NCBI GenBank assembly: GCA_963704705.1
Contig: OY969931.1
Location: 120,001 to 152,000, forward strand
DNA length: 32,000 nucleotides
Direction: 5' to 3'
From: an uncultured bacterium
GTDB lineage: Bacteria; Patescibacteriota; Gracilibacteria; UBA1369; PNNO01
The translations under genes were made by a program, and so were the position numbers. Positions 1 through 8,524 of this stretch are shown here, piece by piece (positions within the stretch are counted from its first letter, which is position 1; every line of letters starts with the position of its first letter). The notes beneath the pieces are model-generated. The model was not told where the DNA came from, searched no databases, and saw only the letters and a list, made by a program, of their open reading frames with translations.

Positions 1-576
1 GATTAGTACGGCGTCATACCAAGCTCTCATTTCGTGAACAAAAGTTCTGCTTTTCTGATTTGTGATGTGCGGGCAGGAGCCATCCGGGTATGCAATGAAG
101 TGGTCAGATGTTTGTGCAATTTTTAAGGTAACATATGGAAGCCCTGTTTTAATAAATTTAAAGAAAAATTGATTAAGCAAAATGCATTCTTCTTCTAAAA
201 TTCCGGTTTCAACTTCAATTCCTGCTTTTTGAAGTGCTTCCACACCTCTTCCAGAAACCTGTTTATTTGGATCAAGACTACCCACAACAACATTACTTAT
301 TTTTTCTTTGATAATTCTTTCAGTACATGGGCTTGTTTTGCCTTTAAAGCAGCATGGTTCCAAATTAACATAAAGAACTGCGCCTTCTGCCCCCCCTTTT
401 ATTTTATCCAGAGCATCGATTTCTGCATGTTTGTCTCCGAATTTATGATGATAGCCTTCGGCTAAAATTTTACCGTCTTTTACAACAACACAACCAACCA
501 AAGGATTTGGGCTTGTTAATCCCTTTCCTTTTGAAGCAAGTTCTATGCATTTTTTTATATAATCTTTTTTATCCAT
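1..576 (-). CDS. ribD: RibD-like riboflavin biosynthesis deaminase/reductase, partial (3' end outside window)
   Basis: Manual reverse-strand translation from ATG at 576: MDKKDYIKKCIELASKGKGLTSPNPLVGCVVVKDGKILAEGYHHKFGDKHAEIDAL...LYVNLEPCCFKGKTSPCTERII; PNPxVGxVVV, HAE and PCCxxGxTxPC zinc deaminase motifs; continues off the left edge. Not in the supplied ORF track because it has no stop in window. Confidence 0.93.
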   Translation of the reverse strand, partial: MDKKDYIKKCIELASKGKGLTSPNPLVGCVVVKDGKILAEGYHHKFGDKHAEIDALDKIKGGAEGAVLYVNLEPCCFKGKTSPCTERIIKEKISNVVVGSLDPNKQVSGRGVEALQKAGIEVETGILEEECILLNQFFFKFIKTGLPYVTLKIAQTSDHFIAYPDGSCPHITNQKSRTFVHEMRAWYDAVLI

Positions 577-654
577 GGCCTTCATTCTAGAAAAAATTCA
601 AAAACAATACAAATTAATGTATAATTTTTAATTGAGTATTCTTAACCGACGATT

Positions 655-945
655 ATGTACAAATGTCAGTCATGTGGATTCACATCTGAACAAGCGGGTG
701 AACATTGTGGTATGCCTATGGTAGAGGTAGCTACAACACCTACGGAAGGAGCGCCAGCTCCAGCAGAATCAGCACCAGCGCCTGAAGCGCCAGCGCCAGC
801 ACCAGCACCTGAAGCGCCAGCACCAGCACCAGCGCCTGAAGCGCCAGCACCAGCTGAACCAGCTCCGGGCACACCAGCGTCTGCGCCTGAAATGCCTGCA
901 ACTCCGGCTGCTGAGCCGCCTGTTGAAGAAAAACCTCCAATGTAA
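655..945 (+). CDS. Small protein: N-terminal Cys-rich (zinc-ribbon-like) segment plus Pro/Ala/Glu low-complexity tail
   Basis: ORF MYKCQSCGFTSEQAGEHCG... followed by a tail of PEAPAPAPA repeats. Confidence 0.6.
   Translation: MYKCQSCGFTSEQAGEHCGMPMVEVATTPTEGAPAPAESAPAPEAPAPAPAPEAPAPAPAPEAPAPAEPAPGTPASAPEMPATPAAEPPVEEKPPM
781..861 (+). repeat. 27-bp tandem repeat (about 3 copies) encoding PEAPAPAPA
   Basis: Units start at 781, 808 and 835 (CCTGAAGCGCCAGC...); the third copy is degenerate. Confidence 0.8.
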
Positions 946-955
946 AACTAATTCA

Positions 956-1816
956 ATGCTAAAAATATTTTTAAAAGCATTTAAGGAATGGGGTAATGGC
1001 AGAGCATCAAATTATGCCGCTGCCCTTACGTTTTACGCATTATTTGCCCTTGCACCTATAATCATTATTGTGATTGCGGGTGCAGGGGCTATTTTTGGTG
1101 AACAGGCAGCAAGAGGAGAGATTGTTGTACAAATTCAATCTCTTGTTGGACACGAAATTGCTTCTGCGATTCAGGTAATTATTGAAAATGCAAATATAAG
1201 CAGCGGTAATATTATCATTGCTACTTTAAGTTTCTTATTGTTCTTATTTGCTGCAAGCAGAATAGTAACAAGTTTAAAATATGCTTTAAACAGAACATGG
1301 GATAAAGAACTAACAAGATTTAAAAAGGTCCATCACGCTATAAAATCACAATTTTTATCAATGCTCGCAATAGTCGCTTTTGGATTTTTGCTTGTTTTAC
1401 TTATTTTAGTAAGTGGAATTATGGCTACTGTATGGGTCTATTTGGCAAATTTTTTGCCAGTCGGATCATCACTGTTTCAAATTTTGAATATAATAATTTC
1501 TTTCGGTGTAATAACTTTTGTAATTGCGGCAATAAATAAATATTTACCGGATATTGAGATAGCATGGAAAGATGTTTGGATTGGTGCCGCAGTAACAACA
1601 ATACTCTTTATGCTTGGAAATTATTTGATAGGTTTATATTTGCGCAATGTTTCAGTTGGTTCGGTTTATGGAGCTGCCGGATCACTCGTGCTTATATTGA
1701 TTTGGCTTTATTACAGCTTCCAGATTTTTCTTTTCGGAGCTGAATTTACAAGGGTATATTCGGAAAACAAAGGTACATACCGTGGAATTTTTAAGAAAAT
1801 TTTAGATTTATTTTAG
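956..1816 (+). CDS. YihY/UPF0761 family membrane protein
   Basis: MLKIFLKAFKEWGNGRASNYAAALTFYALFALAPI...; multiple TM segments; YLPDIEIAWKDVWIGA and NVSVGSVYGAAGSLVLILIWLYYSFQIFLFGAEFTRVY typical of the family. ORF track starts at TTG 923; ATG at 956 is more likely. Confidence 0.9.
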   Translation: MLKIFLKAFKEWGNGRASNYAAALTFYALFALAPIIIIVIAGAGAIFGEQAARGEIVVQIQSLVGHEIASAIQVIIENANISSGNIIIATLSFLLFLFAASRIVTSLKYALNRTWDKELTRFKKVHHAIKSQFLSMLAIVAFGFLLVLLILVSGIMATVWVYLANFLPVGSSLFQILNIIISFGVITFVIAAINKYLPDIEIAWKDVWIGAAVTTILFMLGNYLIGLYLRNVSVGSVYGAAGSLVLILIWLYYSFQIFLFGAEFTRVYSENKGTYRGIFKKILDLF

Positions 1817-1875
1817 ATTTTTTTAACAGAAATTTAATTTTTTTCTGTTTTAATTTAGCCCCTAACTAATAAATC

Positions 1876-2340
1876 ATGGCTGAACTTTTTCTTATTTCCC
1901 CGCATTATCCCCTTAAATTTTTACAGTTTATTAAGAAGCAGATAACAGAACAGGGGTTAAATTGTGAAGTATTAAGTTCACCAATTGAAGCGCTAACTAA
2001 AGTAAAAGAATGTTTTGGAATTAAAGCTAAGAGACTGCCTAATCTTAAAGTAATTAATTGTGGTCCCTTTAAGCTAAAACAGGCTAACTATACGCTTATT
2101 CAAAATGGTAAAACCAAACGACTTCGAAAAAAACAATTTGAATTATTACGATTTTTTATCGCTAATCAAAATCAAGTGCTTTCACGATATACAATTCTTG
2201 AAAATGTTTGGGGACCAAAAACAAATCCCTTTTCAAATACGGTTGATGTACATATTGCTGGTCTTCGAAAAATTTTAAATACAAAAGAAAAAACCTATTT
2301 AAAAACAGTTTACGCAGCCGGTTATATTTTAGAGATTTAG
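1876..2340 (+). CDS. OmpR/PhoB-type winged-helix DNA-binding protein with short non-receiver N-terminus
   Basis: LTxxxFELLRFFIANQNQVLSRYTILENVWG...TVDVHIAGLRKIL...YLKTVYAAGYIL matches the Trans_reg_C pattern. Confidence 0.85.
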   Translation: MAELFLISPHYPLKFLQFIKKQITEQGLNCEVLSSPIEALTKVKECFGIKAKRLPNLKVINCGPFKLKQANYTLIQNGKTKRLRKKQFELLRFFIANQNQVLSRYTILENVWGPKTNPFSNTVDVHIAGLRKILNTKEKTYLKTVYAAGYILEI

Positions 2341-3549
2341 CAGATAATTATATGCTTCCTTAAGCTGACTATCATATTCATCACCTTCCTGCATATCAAA
2401 TTTAATTACTCTGTCAGGCATGATTCCGGTCTCATCAATATCGCGGCCTTTAGGTGTAAGCCATTTTGCAATTGTAAGACGCAGACTTGAACCATCATCA
2501 AGTAGTTCAACTTCCTGCACACTGCCTTTTCCAAATGTCTGTTCTCCAATAATCAACCCTCTTTGATAATCCTGAATCGCCCCTGCAAGTATTTCAGATG
2601 CTGAAGCAGAACCATTATTAACAAGTACAACCAATGGTAAATCAGGCAGTCTTGCATTTCCTAAAACCTGAATAGATTCATCTAAATCAGCATTTCGTGT
2701 AACAATTTCAACCGCATCTTTATTGCCATCCAGAAATTCCGACACAATATCCACTGCAATATCAAGATAGCCTCCGCCGTTAAATCTCAAATCCAAAATC
2801 AAACCTTTCGGATTATCAAGCAATATTTGCTGCACAGCATTATCAAATTCAGTTGTTGTATCATCGCTGAACTGACTGATAGCAACATAACCTATATCAC
2901 CATCAAGAAGTTCATAGTAAACGCTGTCTTCATTGATTGTATCGCGTGTAATAGTGACTTCAAAAGGCTCTTCAACATCTTTGCGAATAATAGTTAAAGT
3001 TACATCAGTTCCTTTCTCGCCGCGAATCGCCATGATTGCTTCAAAAAGAGTCATATCGCTTGCCACTGCACCGTTAATTGAAAAGATTGTATCTCCCGGC
3101 ATCAAACCAGCTTTTTCAGCCGGCGAATCTTTTAATGGTGAAATTACAACCAGCATGCCATCTTTTACAGTAAGCTCAGCGCCAATTCCTTCAAGATTTC
3201 CATTTAAACTTTGTTCAAAGTCTTTCGTTTCATCAGGTGTCATAAATACCGTGTATGGATCGTCAAGTGATTCAACGAGCCCTTTTATCGCTCCATAAAC
3301 AAGAGTTTGATCATCCTGAAGTTTGGTTTCACGAAGATATGATTTGTCGAGTTTATCCCAAACTTTCCAAAATAATCCGAGATCAACCGACTGCGGATTG
3401 TTAAAATCCTGAACCACAACATCACCATTTTCCTGAACAGTTATTGTAGGTTGATTCGAGTAATAATAATATTCCGAAGCTTTCCATCCAATTGCAAAAA
3501 TCAGAATGAAAGAAAGAATTGTAAAAAAAAGTTGTTTTTTAGCGTACAT
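2329..3549 (-). CDS. S41 family C-terminal processing peptidase with PDZ domain
   Basis: N-terminal TM helix; PDZ region; catalytic NNGSASASEILAGAIQDYQRGLIIGEQTFGKGSVQ. Confidence 0.95.
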   Translation of the reverse strand: MYAKKQLFFTILSFILIFAIGWKASEYYYYSNQPTITVQENGDVVVQDFNNPQSVDLGLFWKVWDKLDKSYLRETKLQDDQTLVYGAIKGLVESLDDPYTVFMTPDETKDFEQSLNGNLEGIGAELTVKDGMLVVISPLKDSPAEKAGLMPGDTIFSINGAVASDMTLFEAIMAIRGEKGTDVTLTIIRKDVEEPFEVTITRDTINEDSVYYELLDGDIGYVAISQFSDDTTTEFDNAVQQILLDNPKGLILDLRFNGGGYLDIAVDIVSEFLDGNKDAVEIVTRNADLDESIQVLGNARLPDLPLVVLVNNGSASASEILAGAIQDYQRGLIIGEQTFGKGSVQEVELLDDGSSLRLTIAKWLTPKGRDIDETGIMPDRVIKFDMQEGDEYDSQLKEAYNYLLNL

Positions 3550-3552
3550 ATT

Positions 3553-4350
3553 TTAATTGTTATCAAAGTTTTGAATAATCGGAGTGATATTTTCAGCTTT
3601 GCCATCGGTATCATTAATTTCTATAAGTACTGCGTTAAACGTTGTTGGCCCTTCAGCTATATCATATTTAAAAGGCATTTGTGTTAAAAAGCCTTCGATT
3701 ATATCTTCTTTTTTCGCTCCGATAATTGAATCGCTCGCTCCAACCATTCCAATATCAGTTATATAAGCTGTGCGGTTATTTAAAATTTGCGCATCAGCTG
3801 TTGGTACATGAGTATGCGTGCCAACAACTGCACTTACACGATCACTTAAATAATGAGCCAAAGCAATTTTTTCAGATGTTGCTTCTGCGTGCATATCAAC
3901 AATAATTGCCGTAGGCTGATCACCTTTTGTTTCCTGAATAATTTCGTCAGCCTTTCTAAAAGGGCAGTCATAATTTTCTTTAATAAAAACTCTTCCATGC
4001 AGATTTAAAATAAGAATTTTCTGCATTTTTGCTGTTTCGTATATGTGATATCCGCGCCCTGGATTTCCCGGAGGAAAATTTGCGGGACGAATTACCGGAA
4101 AGCTTTTATCGTTTAATTTTTCAACAACGGTTCGGTTATCGAAAATATGATTTCCCGAAGTAAAAAAATCAATTCCAGCCTGCTGCATCTCTTTAATCGA
4201 CTCTTCAGACATACCTCTGCCATGAGTAAGATTCTCGCCGTTTGCAAGAACAAGGTCGGGCTGATGCTCTTCTTTTAGCTTTGGAAGTACTTTTTTTACT
4301 GTTTCTCTTCCGGGTCTGCCAACAATGTCTCCTATAAAGATAATTTTCAT
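3553..4350 (-). CDS. ymdB: YmdB-type metallophosphoesterase
   Basis: MKIIFIGDIVGRPGR...NGENLTHGRGM...GNHIFDN...GTHTHVPTADAQIL...DIGMVG. Confidence 0.93.
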   Translation of the reverse strand: MKIIFIGDIVGRPGRETVKKVLPKLKEEHQPDLVLANGENLTHGRGMSEESIKEMQQAGIDFFTSGNHIFDNRTVVEKLNDKSFPVIRPANFPPGNPGRGYHIYETAKMQKILILNLHGRVFIKENYDCPFRKADEIIQETKGDQPTAIIVDMHAEATSEKIALAHYLSDRVSAVVGTHTHVPTADAQILNNRTAYITDIGMVGASDSIIGAKKEDIIEGFLTQMPFKYDIAEGPTTFNAVLIEINDTDGKAENITPIIQNFDNN

Positions 4351-4488
4351 CAGACACGATTTTATTAAAACTTTAGTTTGCTTATCAAAATGCGAAATCT
4401 AGCTTATCATATTTTAGGTTTTTTTTAAAAATATTTTAAAAAGTTATGTTATTCTTTACGCGTAAATTAATTTTTAACGCCCCTTGAA

Positions 4489-5019
4489 ATGGATCAAATA
4501 TTAGGAATTTTTATAAATTTCCTTGTGTTCATAAGTGACAGAACAGACTGTCCAGAAACACATTATGTTAGATATAATTATGAGTATGAGGTGCCGGAAG
4601 GGCTGAATGTAAGGAATGAATGGGGTGCCCGCGGTCCATTTACAGTTGATGATGGATTTGGTAATTCGATGTATATTGGATTTTTAAATTCAGATTCAAT
4701 AGAAGAAAACATTAATTGGTATAGAGAAGCTGAATATATGACAGTATTAGATGAATCACCAATTGGAGAAGATGCATATAAAGTAATTTTAGATAATCCA
4801 AGTCTATATGATCCTTATAATGAAATTATGTGGGTTAAAAATTCTAAAGGGTTTGTTGTAATGACAATGTTTAATCAGGGCGATCCTTCCAAGCATGCTG
4901 CTTTTGAGGAGAATGCCCTTCAATTGGCACGTTCAGTCGTGCAAGGAGATCCGTATGAGACACGGAAAAATCGCGATTGTGATCACCCTTCTCTTTGGGA
5001 TTTGCTTCCTAGGTGGTAA
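4489..5019 (+). CDS. Hypothetical protein; 3' end overlaps the next gene
   Basis: 176-aa ORF, AT-rich until about 4960, then a compositional change in its last ~20 codons. Confidence 0.55.
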   Translation: MDQILGIFINFLVFISDRTDCPETHYVRYNYEYEVPEGLNVRNEWGARGPFTVDDGFGNSMYIGFLNSDSIEENINWYREAEYMTVLDESPIGEDAYKVILDNPSLYDPYNEIMWVKNSKGFVVMTMFNQGDPSKHAAFEENALQLARSVVQGDPYETRKNRDCDHPSLWDLLPRW

Positions 5020-6001
5020 AGCAAATTCCAGCCCACTCATCTTCATGCCCTTCGAATACGGCGGGTACTGGTACTGTCCGCAGGGGCAAAACGGCACCTA
5101 CACCCACAATACGGATCGTTTGCGATACGCTATCGATCTGAACGGCGGGCACGGTGTCGACAACGATGCCTTCGGTGAACAACTCTTTGCTCCAGTCAAT
5201 GGAACAATCGTCGAAGTTCGTGATGGCCTCATGGATTTTGACAACAATGGAAGCAGCAATGCTGCCAACTACTACGGCTGGGGCAATACCATCGTCATCC
5301 TGGACGAAGGAGGGGACTACTACATTCGGTTTGCTCACATGAAGTATCTCTCAACCGAACACCTGATGAAAGGTGACGAGGTGAAGATGGGTGACTACAT
5401 CGGCCAGGTTGGTCAGACCGGACATTCCACCGGCTCCCATCTTCATATCCAGGTCATGCTCAAGACGCAGGAGTGGAATGATATCATCGGAGAGGATTCC
5501 TCCCCCTTCACCTTCGCCGAGGGCTACATCGACACTGGTGACTGGATCAAGTCTGGCCTCAGCTACAACATGTCCATGCTGGACAACAACGGCGAGACCA
5601 CGCTCAGTCATTTTTTTGATGACTACTATACCTACTACAACTCCACTCAGTGGCAGACCAAGTACGGTACATACGGCTACGCAGGCAAGGACTTTCGTCG
5701 GCACTACGTTTCTTCGTACAACGACAATTCCATGTTCAGCTGGCACTTCTCTGTGAAGCAGTCCAGTCTGTATATGCTGTTCGTTACGTTCGAGGACAAC
5801 GCAGCCAACGACACCAAAGTCGAGTATTATCTCGACGGTCAGAAAATCAGGACGCTCACCCAAAAAGTGGGCGGGCAATTCTACAAGTACATCGGCCTCC
5901 GCTACATCAGCGCCGGTGCTTCGCACACTGTTTCGGTTCGCGGCACTTCGCCTGGCAAATACGTGATCGCTGATGCACTGGTGCTGCGGAAGTTTGGCTG
6001 A
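4955..6001 (+). CDS. Secreted M23 (LytM-like) peptidase with C-terminal golvesin/xly-like domain
   Basis: SD-like AAGGAG at 4943-4948, 6 nt before ATG 4955; signal peptide MRHGKIAIVITLLFGICFLGGKANS; HNTDRLRYAIDL and GHSTGSHLHIQV metal-binding motifs; C-terminal VGGQFYKYIGLRYISAGASHTVSVRGTSPGKYVIADALVLRKF. ORF track start 4895 is probably too early. Confidence 0.85.
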   Translation: MRHGKIAIVITLLFGICFLGGKANSSPLIFMPFEYGGYWYCPQGQNGTYTHNTDRLRYAIDLNGGHGVDNDAFGEQLFAPVNGTIVEVRDGLMDFDNNGSSNAANYYGWGNTIVILDEGGDYYIRFAHMKYLSTEHLMKGDEVKMGDYIGQVGQTGHSTGSHLHIQVMLKTQEWNDIIGEDSSPFTFAEGYIDTGDWIKSGLSYNMSMLDNNGETTLSHFFDDYYTYYNSTQWQTKYGTYGYAGKDFRRHYVSSYNDNSMFSWHFSVKQSSLYMLFVTFEDNAANDTKVEYYLDGQKIRTLTQKVGGQFYKYIGLRYISAGASHTVSVRGTSPGKYVIADALVLRKFG

Positions 6002-6008
6002 TAACTGT

Positions 6009-6055
6009 CGTACTACCGAAATCCCGTACTAGTACTACGGATTTACGATAGTACG
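6009..6055 (+). other. Long stem-loop directly after the M23 gene stop
   Basis: CGTACTACCGAAATCC (6009-6024) pairs with GGATTTACGATAGTACG (6039-6055): 15 of 16 pairs, one 1-nt bulge; loop includes GTACTAGTAC. Confidence 0.75.
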
Positions 6056-6067
6056 CAATATAACCTT

Positions 6068-6111
6068 AAAGGCACGGTAAACAACCTGTTTGTTTTGCTG
6101 TGCCTTTTTTT
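6068..6111 (+). terminator. Rho-independent terminator
   Basis: AAAGGCAC...AAACAA-CCTG-TTTGTTTT...GTGCC followed by TTTTTTT. Confidence 0.85.
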
Positions 6112-6262
6112 AATTACGGATGTTGTTTATACGCACTCCATCCCCGGGGATGAACTGTAAATTCCGCATAAATAAACTCAATGCCAAATCTAATCTCCTC
6201 CCGGGAGGAAAATGTTTAGGCAAATGAATGGCGCATAAACAGCAATTTTTTAGCAATTTTCG

Positions 6263-8452
6263 CTATTCCTCTATCTTAACCAACGGCGCCACACTCAAAG
6301 CCAAACGCTTTATTCCAACAGCCGCATCTTTAAAGGCAATCGTGGCTACTTCACCTTGAACACTAACAACTACTCCTTCACCGAAAGTTGTGTGAATAAC
6401 CCGGTCGCCGTCACGCAAATCAATGCATGTTGAAACTTCTTCTTCCGGAACAGCCTTCATTGAGCCGCCAAGTCCAGCCATGAATCCGCCGCCAACAGAC
6501 ATATGAGTTCGCGGCTGTCCATAAATATAAACCAAAGCATCAGGTATATCTCCGATAAACTGCGAAGGCGCATTTGACTGAGCTTCTCCGTATAGCATTC
6601 TCTGGCGGGCATTAATCAAAAATAGTCTTTCCATTGCTCGGGTAATCGCCACATACATTAAGCGTCTTTCTTCTTCGAGCTCTTCAGGCTCGAGCATTGA
6701 ACGCGAATGCGGAAAAATTCCTTCTTCAAGTCCAATAATAAATACATTATCAAATTCAAGGCCTTTTGCGCTGTGAACAGTCATTAATACAACAGCGTTT
6801 TCTTTGTCATCCATTGAATCCACGTCGCTGATCAACGAAATTTCCTCTAAAAATACCGAAAGGCTAACCCCCGGATTTAGCAAATCATACTTTGAAGCAA
6901 CTGAAATTAATTCCGCGATGTTTTCGTAGCGTGCTTCGCCTTCAGGCGTGCCGTCCATAACAAACTCGCGGTAGCCCGATAATTTAAGTACGTGTTTGAT
7001 AACACCGCTTGCGGAAAATTCGTCATTTGCTTTTTTGAGCTGCTCAATTAATTTCACAAACTTTTTTATTGCTGCAATTTTGCCATCGTTAAGGTCGCTT
7101 ATTTCTTCGCATCTGCGCATTGCATCGTAGAATGATAACCCGTTTCGCCCCGCGTGTGTTTGCAAAGCTTCAATTGTTTTTGTGCCGATTTTGCGTGCCG
7201 GAGTGTTGATTATTCGGAGCAAGCTAACTGAGTCAGCAGAGTTTTGAACAACACGTAAGTAAGCAACCATGTCTTTAACTTCTTTTCGTTCGTAGAATCT
7301 TATCCCTCCAACGATTTTATATGGCAGGCCGTATCTTAAAAACACTTCTTCAATTGCGCGCGATTGTGCGTTTGTTCTGTATAAAACAACAAATTTATTG
7401 TATGGAGGAGCTTCATAATCTGCTGTGAGCTCACGTATTTTTTCAGCGATTAATTCGCCTTCGTGGCGTTCGTTTCTTGCTTCGATCACAGTGATTTTTT
7501 CTCCGCCTTCTTTTTCTGTCCACAATTTTTTGTCTTTTCGTTTTCTGTTTTTAACAATGATTTCGTGCGCAGCTTCAAGAATGATTGAAGTTGATCTGTA
7601 ATTTTGCTCCATCATTACAATTTTCGCATCAGGATAATCTTTTTCAAAATCCAGAATATTTCGGATATCAGCGCCGCGCCAACTGTAAATGCTTTGGTCG
7701 CTGTCACCGATTACACAAATATTTCTGTACTTTTCAGCAAGCAATTTAACAAGAGTATACTGCGCATGATTGGTATCCTGGTACTCATCCACGCAAATAA
7801 ATTTAAATTTTTCCTGATAATAATCGAGCACATCCGGATTTGCCTGAAAAAGCTCAATTGTTTTCATTAATAAATCATCAAAGTCGAGCGCATTATTTTT
7901 TCGTAAAGCATCCTGATAAGGCCCGTATAATTCGGCAACACGCTCGGTAAAATAATTGTGCGCCATTGATAAATATTTTTCAGGGTCAATAAGTTCGCTT
8001 TTCGCATTTGAAATATGATTCAAAATCGCTTTTGGATTTATCTGTTTTGAATCGATATGCCTTTCTTCCATCAGTCTTTTCATAAGGATTTGCTGGTCCG
8101 CAACATCGTAAATAGTAAAATTATTTTCATAATCGAGTAAGTGTAAATTTCGTCTTAAAATCCTTACGCAAGTCGAGTGAAAAGTGCCCACAGTTGGTTC
8201 ACTTGTTAAATTCGAACCTTCCAATAGCTTTTTTATTCTTTCTTTCATTTCATTGGCAGCCTTGTTCGTAAAAGTCACAGCCAGAATATTCCAGGGTGAA
8301 ATACCATGTTTTTTTATAAGATAAGCAACACGATGAGTCAGCGCGCGGGTCTTGCCGGAGCCGGCTCCCGCAATAATAATCAGCGGCCCAAGCTCGTGGG
8401 TAACCGCTTCTTTTTGCTTATCGTTCAAGTTTTTTAGGATTGCTTCCGGCAT
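6263..8452 (-). CDS. pcrA: UvrD/PcrA superfamily 1A DNA helicase
   Basis: LNDKQKEAVTH, GAGSGKTRALTHR, VDEYQDTNHAQY, GDSDQSIYSWRGAD, QNYRST, VMTVHSAKGLEFDNVF, EERRLMYVAITRA. Confidence 0.96.
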   Translation of the reverse strand: MPEAILKNLNDKQKEAVTHELGPLIIIAGAGSGKTRALTHRVAYLIKKHGISPWNILAVTFTNKAANEMKERIKKLLEGSNLTSEPTVGTFHSTCVRILRRNLHLLDYENNFTIYDVADQQILMKRLMEERHIDSKQINPKAILNHISNAKSELIDPEKYLSMAHNYFTERVAELYGPYQDALRKNNALDFDDLLMKTIELFQANPDVLDYYQEKFKFICVDEYQDTNHAQYTLVKLLAEKYRNICVIGDSDQSIYSWRGADIRNILDFEKDYPDAKIVMMEQNYRSTSIILEAAHEIIVKNRKRKDKKLWTEKEGGEKITVIEARNERHEGELIAEKIRELTADYEAPPYNKFVVLYRTNAQSRAIEEVFLRYGLPYKIVGGIRFYERKEVKDMVAYLRVVQNSADSVSLLRIINTPARKIGTKTIEALQTHAGRNGLSFYDAMRRCEEISDLNDGKIAAIKKFVKLIEQLKKANDEFSASGVIKHVLKLSGYREFVMDGTPEGEARYENIAELISVASKYDLLNPGVSLSVFLEEISLISDVDSMDDKENAVVLMTVHSAKGLEFDNVFIIGLEEGIFPHSRSMLEPEELEEERRLMYVAITRAMERLFLINARQRMLYGEAQSNAPSQFIGDIPDALVYIYGQPRTHMSVGGGFMAGLGGSMKAVPEEEVSTCIDLRDGDRVIHTTFGEGVVVSVQGEVATIAFKDAAVGIKRLALSVAPLVKIEE

Positions 8453-8524
8453 AATCTGCGCACTTTAAAAATTACAGTCGGAAACTGATTATAACCTAAA
8501 AGTCCTATATAAAAAATATCAAGT

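Noticed and set aside
390-396. C7/G7 homopolymer in ribD suggesting a possible frameshift
   Set aside because: Manual translation across it (DALDKIKGGAEGAVLYVNLEPCC) is uninterrupted and conserved on both sides.
229-465. + strand ORF of 78 aa
   Set aside because: Antisense to the well-supported ribD coding frame; no recognisable motifs.
666-940. Two long minus-strand ORFs opposite the P/A/E repeat protein
   Set aside because: Mirror-frame artefacts of a GC-rich repetitive sequence.
5009-5973. Multiple long antisense/alternative ORFs (5009..5338, 5351..5926, 5391..5756, 5650..5973)
   Set aside because: All lie within the GC-rich M23 gene, where stops are rare; only the 4955 frame has SD, signal peptide and catalytic motifs.
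4489-6001. Programmed frameshift fusing the 4489 ORF to the M23 ORF
   Set aside because: The M23 frame has its own SD, ATG and signal peptide, so overlapping separate genes with a composition switch is the simpler explanation.
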